A DNA stretch of 64,000 nucleotides from an uncultured Eubacteriales bacterium. Lineage in GTDB: Bacteria > Bacillota > Clostridia > Oscillospirales > Ruminococcaceae. The translations under genes and the position numbers were made by a program. Every line of letters starts with the position of its first letter. Within the stretch, counting starts at the first letter, position 1. This document shows, piece after piece, positions 45,888 through 55,441 of the stretch. Location of the stretch: the NCBI GenBank assembly GCA_902489745.1, contig CABUBB010000008.1, positions 15,987 to 79,986 of the forward strand. The letters are read 5' to 3'. Under the pieces are notes generated by a model that was given only the letters and a program-made list of their open reading frames with translations, did not search any database and was not told the origin of the DNA.

Positions 45888-46319
45888 TTATCTCTGGAGC
45901 GCGCAGGTAATCTCTGCGCTGACAGCGCGTTCCTCGCCGACAAAGGCCTCCGCCTTGCAGACGCCGATAGGGCCGCGCTGCTTGATGATTTCAACCTCCA
46001 GCCGGAGGGTCTCACCCGGCAGAACCTGGCGGCGGAACCGCGCCTTATCAATACCGGCATAAAAAGCAATTTTACCCTTGTTCTCCGGTACGCTGAGGAT
46101 GCACACAGCACCCGCCTGCGCAAGCATTTCCATGGTGAGAACACCTGGCTGAACCGGATAATCCGGGAAATGGCCCTTGAACCAGAACTCATCCTCTTTA
46201 AGATGTTTGAGGGCGGTGCAACGCACACCCGGTTCCAGTGCAACGACTTCGTCGATGAGGAGGAAAGGATCGCGGTGGGGAATAATCTCCATAATCTGTT
46301 CACGGTTTAAAACTGCCAT
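45888..46319 (-). CDS. fabZ: 3-hydroxyacyl-ACP dehydratase FabZ
   Basis: It has PHRDPFLLID and HFPDYPVQPGVL motifs. Confidence 0.9.
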   Translation of the reverse strand: MAVLNREQIMEIIPHRDPFLLIDEVVALEPGVRCTALKHLKEDEFWFKGHFPDYPVQPGVLTMEMLAQAGAVCILSVPENKGKIAFYAGIDKARFRRQVLPGETLRLEVEIIKQRGPIGVCKAEAFVGEERAVSAEITCALQR

Positions 46320-46331
46320 TCCCTACCCCTC

Positions 46332-46781
46332 CTATTCAATACGCATAACCGGCTGGCCGAATTCAACCGGCTGGCCGTTTTCCACGAGGATTTCCGCCAC
46401 TTTTCCGTCAAAGTCGCTTGCAACCTCATTCATAAGCTTCATGGATTCAATGATAAACAGGGTGTCGCCCTTCCGGACGCTGTCTCCCACCTGAACAAAG
46501 GGGTCTTTGTCCGGGCTGGAGGAGCGGTAAAAGGTGCCGACAATCGGCGATTTGACCACCTTTCCGGAAAGCTCCGGAGCAGCGGGAGCAGCAGCCGGAG
46601 TCGGCTGCGCAGGCGATGCGGCAGCAGGAGCTGCCGGCTGGGGCGCAGCCTGAAGAATTGGCTGCGGCTCCTTCGCCTTGATCTTTACCTTAACGCCGTC
46701 CGCTTCAAGCGAAAGCTCGCCGAGACCGACGGCGGAGAGTTTATCCATTAAAGAATATACATCTTCAAGTGTCAGTTTCAT
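46332..46781 (-). CDS. accB: Biotin carboxyl carrier protein
   Basis: It carries the biotinylation motif IESMKLMNE and a P/A-rich linker. The start at MKLTLED is the most plausible. Confidence 0.85.
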   Translation of the reverse strand: MKLTLEDVYSLMDKLSAVGLGELSLEADGVKVKIKAKEPQPILQAAPQPAAPAAASPAQPTPAAAPAAPELSGKVVKSPIVGTFYRSSSPDKDPFVQVGDSVRKGDTLFIIESMKLMNEVASDFDGKVAEILVENGQPVEFGQPVMRIE

Positions 46782-46815
46782 AAGTCCATCCATTCTCCCT
46801 AGCTGAGGAACCACC

Positions 46816-48051
46816 TCAGCCCTCGTATTTTTTCAAGCAGAGTGTGGCGTTGTGGCCGCCGAAGCCGAGCGAATTGGAAAGCGCAAAGCGAAAATCGACT
46901 TTGCGGGCGCCCTCGGTGACATAATCGAGGTCGCATTCCGGGTCCGGCTTTTGGTAGCCAATGGTCGGGGGAATGACCCCTTCCTCAAGAGCGAGCGCAC
47001 AAGCAATGCTCTCCACAGCGCCGGCGGCGCCGAGCAGATGCCCGGTCATCGACTTGGTGGAGCTGACAGCGAGTTTTTCTGCCGCCTCTCCAAACGCAAG
47101 TTTAACAGCTTTGGTTTCATATTTATCGTTGAGCCCGGTTGACGTGCCATGGGCATTGAGGTAGCCGACCTCCTCCGGAACTACGCCGGCCTCTTCCATT
47201 GCCAGTTTCATGGCGTGGGCGGCCGCTTCTCCCTCCGGCGAAGGACTGGTCATGTGGTAAGCGTCACAGGTGGCGCCGTAGCCGACAATTTCCGCATAAA
47301 TATGGGCGCCGCGGGCCTTCGCGTGTTCCAATTCCTCCAGCACAAGGATGGCGCCGCCTTCCCCCATGACAAAGCCGTCGCGGTCCGCATCAAACGGAAT
47401 GGATGCACGGTCTGGATCGGTGCTCTTGGAGAGCGCCTTCATGTTGTTGAATCCTGCCGCCGAAAACCTGGTGATGGTCGCTTCAGATCCACCGGTGATG
47501 CAGGCGTCCAGATAGCCGTGTTTGATGGCATGGAACGCCTCGCCAATGGCGTGGCTTGAGGTGGCGCAGGCTGTAACCGGGCAGTAGTTAAGGCCCTTAA
47601 AGCCGGTTTTCATGGCAATGGTGCCCGCCGCCATATTGGAGATCATCATAGGGATAAAAAAGACCGAAACACGGTCTGGGCCTTTCTCCATAAGCTTGGT
47701 GTGCTCCGCCTCCAGCGTATGCAAACCGCCGATGCCGCTGCCGACAATGACGCCGACGCGGTAAGGATCCAAATCCTTCAAATCTGTGCCGCTGTCCTCC
47801 AGCGCATCCAGCGCGGCGACGACGGCAAACTGACAGAAGCGGTCGGTCCGGCGCACTTCTTTTTTATCAATGTATTTTGACGGGTCAAAGTCCTTGACCT
47901 CGGCCGCAATTTTCACATCCATATCCGAGGTGTCAAACGCGGTGATCGGTGCAAATCCGTGGCGGCCCGCCTTGAGACTTTTCCAGAATTCTGCAGGAGT
48001 CTTGCCAATTGGCGTAACCGCGCCCATTCCTGTAATAACGACTCGTTTCAT
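46816..48051 (-). CDS. fabF: 3-oxoacyl-ACP synthase II
   Basis: The sequence is KAS II-like ([13 protein letters not shown], active-site ACATS, HGTST). Confidence 0.9.
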   Translation of the reverse strand: MKRVVITGMGAVTPIGKTPAEFWKSLKAGRHGFAPITAFDTSDMDVKIAAEVKDFDPSKYIDKKEVRRTDRFCQFAVVAALDALEDSGTDLKDLDPYRVGVIVGSGIGGLHTLEAEHTKLMEKGPDRVSVFFIPMMISNMAAGTIAMKTGFKGLNYCPVTACATSSHAIGEAFHAIKHGYLDACITGGSEATITRFSAAGFNNMKALSKSTDPDRASIPFDADRDGFVMGEGGAILVLEELEHAKARGAHIYAEIVGYGATCDAYHMTSPSPEGEAAAHAMKLAMEEAGVVPEEVGYLNAHGTSTGLNDKYETKAVKLAFGEAAEKLAVSSTKSMTGHLLGAAGAVESIACALALEEGVIPPTIGYQKPDPECDLDYVTEGARKVDFRFALSNSLGFGGHNATLCLKKYEG

Positions 48052-48071
48052 AACTTCCCTCCGTACTGTTG

Positions 48072-48824
48072 TTACATGGACATTGCGCCGTCAACAACGA
48101 TAACCTGTCCGCTGATATAAGCGGCGTCATCCGACGCAAGGAACGCAACTGCGGCTGCAACTTCCTCCGGCTTGCCGTAGCGGCCGAGTGGGACGGTTGC
48201 AAGCGCCGCTTCCCGCTGTGTTTCGGTGAGGACGGCAGTCATTGGTGTTTCAATAAAGCCTGGGGCAACCGCATTGACGGTGATGTTCCGGGGACCGAGC
48301 TCCTTGGCGGCAGAAAGGGTCATACCCACAACGCCCGCCTTGGTGGCAGAATAGTTGAACTGCCCGGGATTGCCGTAAAGCCCGGCAACCGACGAAATGT
48401 TGATGATGCGGCCATGCTTCTGGCGCATCATAACGCCGCTGACATGACGACACATATTGAAAACGCCCTTGAAATTGACCGACGCAACGGCGTCAAACTG
48501 GGCTTCCGACATACGGGCCAGCAGACCGTCTTTGGTAATGCCCGCGTTGTTGACCAGCACATCAATGGTGGAAAAACGCTCCTTGACGGCTTTTACCATA
48601 TCGGCGCAGGACTCAAAATCCGACACATCGCCGATGAAGCATTCCGCTTCCACGCCGAGCGCGCGGCATTCCTCCGCCACCTGGTCTCCTCCATTCTGCT
48701 GTTCCTTTTCACTGTAGCAGTTGATTGCAAGATTGAACCCGTCTTTTGCGAGCCGTTTTGCAATGGCGGCGCCAATCCCCTGAGAAGCGCCTGTGATCAA
48801 TGCTGTCTTTGCCAAATGATACAC
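48072..48824 (-). CDS. fabG: 3-oxoacyl-ACP reductase
   Basis: It has the SDR motifs TGASQGIG, NNAG and YSATKAG. Confidence 0.85.
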   Translation of the reverse strand: MYHLAKTALITGASQGIGAAIAKRLAKDGFNLAINCYSEKEQQNGGDQVAEECRALGVEAECFIGDVSDFESCADMVKAVKERFSTIDVLVNNAGITKDGLLARMSEAQFDAVASVNFKGVFNMCRHVSGVMMRQKHGRIINISSVAGLYGNPGQFNYSATKAGVVGMTLSAAKELGPRNITVNAVAPGFIETPMTAVLTETQREAALATVPLGRYGKPEEVAAAVAFLASDDAAYISGQVIVVDGAMSM

Positions 48825-48874
48825 CCCTTACCTTTTTGAATCCTTTTCTCTATTCTGCATGTGCCTGCTGCACA

Positions 48875-49867
48875 TTACCATTCCAAAACTGCAGCGCCTG
48901 CAATGAGGCCTGCGCCGAAGCCCACAAGGCAGATTTTGTCGCCGCGCTTGAGCGTGCCCGCACGGTTTGCCTCATCCATACAAACCGGGATGCAGGCGCT
49001 GGAAGTATTGCCGTGCTTCTGAATATTCACCAAGAACCGATCCATAGTCATTCCAAGGCGCTGAGCCGCGGTTTCAATGATGCGGATGTTTGCCTGGTGC
49101 GGGATAATCCAGTCCAGATCGTCCAGCGTAAGGCCCGCTTTAACGACGGCATCCCTAGTACATTCCGCCATAATGCGGGTTGCGAATTTATAGACCTCTT
49201 TGCCATTCATATAAAGACAGCCCTCTTCATACTCGCCGTAACCGTCGTAATCCATTGCCGGGGAGGGATTGCAGAACGGATTGCGGGTAACATGATTGCG
49301 GCCAAAGATGTATTTTGCTCCGTCGCCGTCCGCTTTGAGCGAGGAGGCAAACAGCCCCTCCGAAGCGGTGACCACCGCGGCGCCCGCGCCGTCGCCAAAA
49401 ATGACGCAGGAAGAACGGTCTTTGAAATTGGTGACGCGAGAAAGCATTTCCGCACTGACGATGAGGATATTTTTATACTCGCCTGAAGCGAGATAATGCC
49501 GTGCCATATCCAGCGCGTAAACAAAGCCTGCACAGGCGCAGCTGATGTCAAACCCAGTGGCATTTACCGCGCCAAGCCGCCCCTGGAGCACACAGGCGGT
49601 TGAAGGTGTGGAGTAATCTCCCGTAACGGTGGTTACAAGAATGAGATCCAGCTCCTCTGGAGAAACCTTTGCCATTTCCAGCGCCTGGCGCGCCGCTTTT
49701 TCCCCCATTGACCAGGTGGGTTCCCCGTCGGAAAAATGCCGTGTATGAATTCCGGTGCGGGTGCGAATCCACTCGTCCGAGGTTTCCAGGAACTCGGTAA
49801 ACGCCTCATTGTCCACACAAAGGGCAGGCATGTAACTGCCGGTCCCCTTTATTGTTACGCCAATCAT
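48875..49867 (-). CDS. fabH: 3-oxoacyl-ACP synthase III
   Basis: The sequence is KAS III-like (CAGFVYAL, HQANIRI, GFGAGL). Confidence 0.9.
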   Translation of the reverse strand: MIGVTIKGTGSYMPALCVDNEAFTEFLETSDEWIRTRTGIHTRHFSDGEPTWSMGEKAARQALEMAKVSPEELDLILVTTVTGDYSTPSTACVLQGRLGAVNATGFDISCACAGFVYALDMARHYLASGEYKNILIVSAEMLSRVTNFKDRSSCVIFGDGAGAAVVTASEGLFASSLKADGDGAKYIFGRNHVTRNPFCNPSPAMDYDGYGEYEEGCLYMNGKEVYKFATRIMAECTRDAVVKAGLTLDDLDWIIPHQANIRIIETAAQRLGMTMDRFLVNIQKHGNTSSACIPVCMDEANRAGTLKRGDKICLVGFGAGLIAGAAVLEW

Positions 49868-49911
49868 AGCTCATGGCTCCTTTCCATCATCTTGCGCAAG
49901 GACGCGCAAAC

Positions 49912-49927
49912 TGGTATAATTATACCA
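49912..49927. promoter_or_regulatory. 16-bp perfect palindrome overlapping a TGnTATAAT element upstream of fabH
   Basis: The palindrome is TGGTATAATTATACCA and lies 45-60 nt upstream of the fabH ATG. It reads as an extended -10 on either strand. Confidence 0.45.
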
Positions 49928-50119
49928 TATTCTTCTCCAAAATTTGTTGGTTTTACGCAAATGTTCAAAGTTTATTCATAAAGCCAGATGAATTTTTTGC
50001 CTGGAACGCTATTTTTAAGGCGGAAAAAGATTCCACACTTTCAACATTTTTCTGTTGAAACACACCTTGATTATACAAAAAGTTAACACAACTATACACC
50101 GCTTACACAGGAGGCGTAC

Positions 50120-50974
50120 ATGAAACATTTTGCACTAACCGGACATCCGCTGGGGCATTCGGTTTCACCGCAGATTCACACACGGCTGTTTGCGCTTTCC
50201 GGCCGGGAGGGGTGCCGGTATGAGCTGCTGGATCTCCCGCCGGAAGAACTTACCAAACGATTCGGGGAACTGAAGATACTGGATGGCTTCAATGTGACCA
50301 TCCCGCATAAGCAGACAATCATCCCCCTGCTGGACAGACTGGATGAAACGGCAGAACGGTACGGCGCAGTGAACACAGTGCGGCGTGAACAGAATATCCG
50401 GACTGGGTACAACACCGACGTGATTGGCTTCCTGCGCAGCATTCAGACGCTCGGCGTGCCCTTAAAAGGCTCTCGTGTGCTGGTGCTGGGTTATGGCGGC
50501 GCCGGCCGGATGATGGCGCTGGAGGCGGCGCACCAGGGCGCTCATACCGTAACGGTGGCAGCACGGCAGAAAAGCTTAACCGGCGCTGGGACGCTCGCGA
50601 AAGAAATTGCCTCGCAGTATCCAAATTGCAGGGTAACATGCGTCGATCTGATGGCGATTCAAGGAAAATTTGACCTCATCTGCAATTCTACGCCGGTGGG
50701 AATGTATCCGCACAGCGAGGACTCTCCGCTGCCCGACGGCGCATGCTGCGGAAGCACCGCGCTGTTTGACGCCATTTACAATCCCGTCGAGACCCTGCTA
50801 ATGCAGCAGGCGCGCCAGACGGGGCTGCAGGTGGCTGGCGGAATGACCATGTTGGTCTGGCAGGCCGCTGCAGCGCACGAAATCTGGTATGGGGCGCGGT
50901 TTGCGCCGAAAGAAATTCAAGCGCTTATCTCGGAGATGGAAGCCCTGATTGAAACAGAATTTCTTCCAAAATAA
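50120..50974 (+). CDS. aroE: Shikimate dehydrogenase
   Basis: The sequence is AroE-like (GHPLGHSVSPQIH, NVTIPHK, NTDVIGF). A GGAGG RBS precedes the start. Confidence 0.9.
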   Translation: MKHFALTGHPLGHSVSPQIHTRLFALSGREGCRYELLDLPPEELTKRFGELKILDGFNVTIPHKQTIIPLLDRLDETAERYGAVNTVRREQNIRTGYNTDVIGFLRSIQTLGVPLKGSRVLVLGYGGAGRMMALEAAHQGAHTVTVAARQKSLTGAGTLAKEIASQYPNCRVTCVDLMAIQGKFDLICNSTPVGMYPHSEDSPLPDGACCGSTALFDAIYNPVETLLMQQARQTGLQVAGGMTMLVWQAAAAHEIWYGARFAPKEIQALISEMEALIETEFLPK

Positions 50975-50999
50975 AACGCCTGTGAAATGAGGAAACCAA

Positions 51000-51500
51000 G
51001 TGGCACGACACATTTTTTTATGCGGCTTTATGGGCTGCGGCAAAACAACGGTGGGGGCGGAGGCCGCACGGCTTACCGGGACGGCTTTTTTTGACTTGGA
51101 CAATGAAATCATCCGAGAGGCAGGAATGCCCATCCCCGAAATTTTTTTCCGGTACGGTGAAGAGCGGTTCCGGGAATATGAGACCGGGGTGCTCAAACGG
51201 ATTGCGGCCTCGTCTGACGCAGCGATTGTAGCGACCGGCGGAGGCGCGCTTGTCAGCGCACGCAACGCGGATATCTGCCGGAGCGGCGGACTGGTTCTGC
51301 TGCTGGACGTGCCCTTTGAAACCTGCTACAAACGCATTCAGGGGGATAAAAACCGCCCCAACGCCACCGGCAGAAGCCGGGAAGAACTGCTGGCGCTGTA
51401 TGAAGCACGGCTGGGCAGCTACCGTGCACACAGCGATGTTGTTGTGCCGGACAACGGACTGGAGCAGCGTGCGGCGGCAGTGGCGGCCTATTTCAAATAG
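51000..51500 (+). CDS. aroK: Shikimate kinase
   Basis: It has the P-loop GFMGCGKTT and a GTG start with a GAGGAA RBS. Confidence 0.85.
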   Translation: MARHIFLCGFMGCGKTTVGAEAARLTGTAFFDLDNEIIREAGMPIPEIFFRYGEERFREYETGVLKRIAASSDAAIVATGGGALVSARNADICRSGGLVLLLDVPFETCYKRIQGDKNRPNATGRSREELLALYEARLGSYRAHSDVVVPDNGLEQRAAAVAAYFK

Positions 51501-51622
51501 CCCGCGGCAATAACTTGTTTCGCCCCTGTTGCAAAGCGGCGAACAGGTTTGGCTGTGTCCCGCATAAAAACAGAAAGGCACCGCTTACCCCGGACAGACG
51601 CTCCATATAAAACACGAAAAAC

Positions 51623-51660
51623 AAAAACTTCCCGTCCATACTGTTTGGCGGGAAGTTTTG
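51623..51660. terminator. Bidirectional terminator between aroK and the DUF3048 gene
   Basis: A 9-bp stem (aacttcccg / cgggaagtt) is flanked by A- and T-runs. Confidence 0.55.
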
Positions 51661-51677
51661 CTGCGTTTTAAAGGCGT

Positions 51678-52760
51678 TTATTCCGCTTCGGAAGCGGCTG
51701 CGGTATTTTCCAGCTTCAAAGAGCCTTTTTCACTGTTCGGTACAACGCAGACCCAGGTCTTTCCGGTGTTGAACTGAACCGTGGCACCGGATTCATTCTT
51801 GAGGACGAAGGGCTTGTTATAATCGCCCTTACTCCAGGTGAGGGGCTCCGATTTGCCGCCCGACAGGTAGTAGCCGCTGCCGCTGGTCAAATCGTACCGG
51901 GTGAGATATGTACCTTCAATGACCGAGGTAGGCGAAAACAGGATAAGGACATTGTCGACCGCAACCTGTGCATTGTTGTTGGCGTCGATATGGGCTTCGC
52001 CATACTGCCCTTTGAGGTATTTGCCGGTTGAGGCATCATAATTAAAGGTGGCTGTGGTATAGCCGGAGAAACGGACAGTGGCTTTATCGACCGTATCACC
52101 GCTCAGGGAAACGGCAGAGCCGGGTTCCACAAAGGAAAATGCTGTAGGTGTATTTCCGGACATAGTGTAGCCTTTTTTCTCAGCTCCCGCGGCAATCATA
52201 GAAGCGTCGGTATAAAACGTGTGTTCCCGGCCACGGTTTGCAAGACGCTGTTTGTCCTGCTGGAAGCAGGTACCGGACAGCGTCATGCCGTCAATATCCT
52301 CAATGTTATATTCCTCGAGAGCGTCGTAACCAGTGGTGCTTCCACCAAAATGGACAAAAAGAGCATGGAACGGCTCGCTGAACTGCGGGTAATATTCACG
52401 CACCGAACGGATCGGGCCGACCTTTGGCACAGCAGATGGATCAGCGTACATACACATCAAACGGGTAATACCGCCCTCGGTAACCGCTTCGTAAACGAGA
52501 TCTGCTTCACTGATACCCCATTGAGGGAGCGAATCCTTGATGTTGCTCACCATAACAGCGACCGGACGCTGGCCGACGGCGTCCGGACTGAAACCGTCTT
52601 CTCCGGTGAGAGGATTGATCACCGGTTCCGGCTTGCTGCTCTCGAAGGAGGACGGCTGGGAGTTGGAGTCCGACGGTTCTTCACTGGCCTGGCAGCCCGC
52701 AAAGACTGAAAGGCTGAGGGCAGCGCAAAGGCAGACTGCCAAGATTTTTGCTTTTTTCAC
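51678..52760 (-). CDS. DUF3048 (YerB-like) lipoprotein
   Basis: It has a lipobox signal peptide (LSVFAGC) and a GTG start with an AAGAGG RBS. The mature part looks DUF3048-like. Confidence 0.6.
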   Translation of the reverse strand: MKKAKILAVCLCAALSLSVFAGCQASEEPSDSNSQPSSFESSKPEPVINPLTGEDGFSPDAVGQRPVAVMVSNIKDSLPQWGISEADLVYEAVTEGGITRLMCMYADPSAVPKVGPIRSVREYYPQFSEPFHALFVHFGGSTTGYDALEEYNIEDIDGMTLSGTCFQQDKQRLANRGREHTFYTDASMIAAGAEKKGYTMSGNTPTAFSFVEPGSAVSLSGDTVDKATVRFSGYTTATFNYDASTGKYLKGQYGEAHIDANNNAQVAVDNVLILFSPTSVIEGTYLTRYDLTSGSGYYLSGGKSEPLTWSKGDYNKPFVLKNESGATVQFNTGKTWVCVVPNSEKGSLKLENTAAASEAE

Positions 52761-52865
52761 GTAGGATACCTCTTTTCAAGTCAATGCTGATAAATCAAAA
52801 GCGACAGCAGTTCCCTGTCCGCCAGAGCGGAAAGTACCGCTGAAATACAAAACGACGACATGCCC

Positions 52866-54017
52866 CTAAGCCAATGGCTTGGTCAGGCTGAGCTTAGGCA
52901 GGTTCTGGTCTTCCGCAAAGGTCTCAACATTGTAGACAAACAAAATCTGATCATAAGAAGCCAAATCCACCCGCTCGCTTAAATCCGAATTGATATAGCG
53001 CAGGTCAACCATGGTGATCTCAGAATAATGCTGGGTCAGAAACGGCACCAGACTGTGGGCGTAGGAGTCCTTGATGACCAGCAGCTTTTTACCGCCGGCA
53101 AGATCGGTTTTAACATTGACCACCGGCTGATTACTGCCGAGAAAGGAGGAGTACTGGTCCTTTTGCTCCAGATACTCCCGGAAATACATACTGTTATAAA
53201 CCTTTTCATTTTTGCCGGGGTTGACCGTAACCGTTGTCACATCTACACCCTTTGGGGAAGGATAATAGTAATAGTCAATGGTATCCGGACCCATATCGTC
53301 ATAGATCACCTTGGAATACAGAGTGCCCAGAAAGCTGTGAGAGGCGTGTTCAATATTAAAGCTGCTGCGGGGGATACTTTCATACCCGAGTGCTTTGGAA
53401 GCGGCACTGTACCCCAAATAGGCGCCGAGGCTGGTCCAGTGATGGTCGGTCTTATAATAAATATACTCGTCCTTTGAAGAATATAACATGGTATAGGCGT
53501 CTATAACCGAAAGAGAATCCGAAAGACGGGTATATACGCTGTCAATGAGCATTTTCTGGTTGAGTACCGGGGCGTTGGGGTCGAGCAGATCCTTTTGGAT
53601 CTCACAGGCGGTGGGAACTAGCATAACCGAAGTGGGAATTCCGGTGTTTTCTGCAAACTCTTTCATAGCGGCGACGTTTTTGGCGACGTTGGTGCGGTCG
53701 TAGTCCTCAAACTTTTGAATGAGGCGATCCCCCAGTACAAAAACGCCGTTGACCTCTTTTTTGCCGGCAAGCAGCTCGGTGCGGGTTTTGGCGGCAATCC
53801 ATTCGTCACGGAGAAAGAAGTGATCGGCGACATAGGCTTCAAACCCTTTCATAAATTCGCCGCTGGTAATGCTCTCAAATGAAAGCTCCGGAAAGGTGGC
53901 GAGAACCCGGTTTTCATTGTCCGAAAACTCTTTTTTGGGCAGAAAGATAAGAAGCAGTAGAACTCCGGTAATCAGGACAAAAAAGACGAGTGCCGACACT
54001 TTCTTGGCAGTTGACAT
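52866..54017 (-). CDS. DHHW-family (AlgX/AlgJ/PatB-like SGNH) membrane-anchored protein
   Basis: It has an N-terminal TM anchor and the literal DHHW motif (YYKTDHHWTSLGAY). It lies 15 nt after the MBOAT stop. Confidence 0.7.
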   Translation of the reverse strand: MSTAKKVSALVFFVLITGVLLLLIFLPKKEFSDNENRVLATFPELSFESITSGEFMKGFEAYVADHFFLRDEWIAAKTRTELLAGKKEVNGVFVLGDRLIQKFEDYDRTNVAKNVAAMKEFAENTGIPTSVMLVPTACEIQKDLLDPNAPVLNQKMLIDSVYTRLSDSLSVIDAYTMLYSSKDEYIYYKTDHHWTSLGAYLGYSAASKALGYESIPRSSFNIEHASHSFLGTLYSKVIYDDMGPDTIDYYYYPSPKGVDVTTVTVNPGKNEKVYNSMYFREYLEQKDQYSSFLGSNQPVVNVKTDLAGGKKLLVIKDSYAHSLVPFLTQHYSEITMVDLRYINSDLSERVDLASYDQILFVYNVETFAEDQNLPKLSLTKPLA

Positions 54018-54032
54018 AGGGACGGCACCTCC

Positions 54033-55439
54033 TTAAAAGCGGAAATAAAGGAACGGGTTGTAGGTGGCATTGACGAGAAAGGCCGTGCAGACAAACAGCA
54101 GACCAACCTCAAACACCGGGGAAACGCAGCGCACCGCAACCGGGAATTTGGCGGAGATTTTCTCCACCAGCTTCTTGGGGTAATCGGTGGCGGCAATGAC
54201 GCAGACAATCAGGATTAGCAAATAAGATGAGAGCAAATAGCCCGCTTGTCCATCCACAAGGCCCGCGCCGAAGCCGCCGAACATGGCGGAAAAATAGGCA
54301 CCGACATTGGAGAGGTTATCAAATTCAAAGAGCACCCAGCCAAAGACGACCAGCAGGAAGGAGTAAGCGACCTGCAAAAAGACCGGCAGTTTTTTAAGGT
54401 ACTTTCCAAGAAAAAAGCGTTCAATGATGAGAATAACACCGAAGTAAAGTCCCCAGAGGATGAAGTTCCAGCTTGCACCGTGCCAAAGTCCGGTAAGTAG
54501 CCAGACGACCAAAAGGTTGCGCAGCAACTTGAGGGTGCCGACACGGTTGCCGCCGAGTGGAATGTAAACATAATCCCGGAACCAGGAACTCAAGGTGATA
54601 TGCCAGCGGCGCCAGAACTCGCTTACGCTTTTGGAAAGATAAGGGTAGTTGAAGTTCTGCGGGAAGTTAAAGCCCATCATTTTGCCCATACCGACGGCCA
54701 TATCCGAATAACCGGAAAAATCAAAATAGATTTGGAAGGTAAAGGCGATGATCCCGAGCCACGCGGTCAGCACCGAAAGCTCATCGAGCGGGGTTCCTTT
54801 GACGGTGGTCCAAAGCATGCCAATGTTGTTTGCAAGCAGCACCTTTTTGGCAAGCCCCCGCAGGAAAATACCAACGCCCTCCCCAATTTTGGTCAGAGTG
54901 ATGGTACGGTGCTCTAATTCGACCGCAATGTCCTGGTAACGGACAATGGGGCCAGCAACAATCTGCGGGAAAAGGGTGACGTAAGCCGCGTAGTTAATAA
55001 AATTCTTCTGCACACTCACCTTGCGCATATACATATCCAGCGTGTAGGACATGCTTTGGAAGGTGTAGAAGGAAATGCCGATGGGGAGCGGAAGCTGCGG
55101 ATCCGGCAGATTCACCCCAAACAGGGCGTTGATGTTGCCAATGACAAAGGAGCTGTACTTGAATACACACAGCAGCGCCAGATTGATGGCTACGGCGGAG
55201 ATCATAACCGCCATGCGAACCTTACGGCTGTCATCAAATTTGTCAATCAAACGGCCCGCGGTGTAATCCACCGCGGTGGTAAACAGCATGAGTAGCACAT
55301 AGACCGGCTCGCCCCACGCATAAAAAAGGATGCCGGAAAGCAGAATCAACGCATTCTTGAACTGCTTTGGCGCGGCATAGTAAACCAGCAGGACCACTGG
55401 CAAAAACACATAAATAAAGGTGACGCTGGAAAATACCAT
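54033..55439 (-). CDS. MBOAT-family membrane-bound O-acyltransferase (AlgI/DltB/PatA-like)
   Basis: It is polytopic with a conserved His region (FWRRWHITLSSWFRDYVYIPLGGNR). Confidence 0.85.
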   Translation of the reverse strand: MVFSSVTFIYVFLPVVLLVYYAAPKQFKNALILLSGILFYAWGEPVYVLLMLFTTAVDYTAGRLIDKFDDSRKVRMAVMISAVAINLALLCVFKYSSFVIGNINALFGVNLPDPQLPLPIGISFYTFQSMSYTLDMYMRKVSVQKNFINYAAYVTLFPQIVAGPIVRYQDIAVELEHRTITLTKIGEGVGIFLRGLAKKVLLANNIGMLWTTVKGTPLDELSVLTAWLGIIAFTFQIYFDFSGYSDMAVGMGKMMGFNFPQNFNYPYLSKSVSEFWRRWHITLSSWFRDYVYIPLGGNRVGTLKLLRNLLVVWLLTGLWHGASWNFILWGLYFGVILIIERFFLGKYLKKLPVFLQVAYSFLLVVFGWVLFEFDNLSNVGAYFSAMFGGFGAGLVDGQAGYLLSSYLLILIVCVIAATDYPKKLVEKISAKFPVAVRCVSPVFEVGLLFVCTAFLVNATYNPFLYFRF

Positions 55440-55441
55440 CT

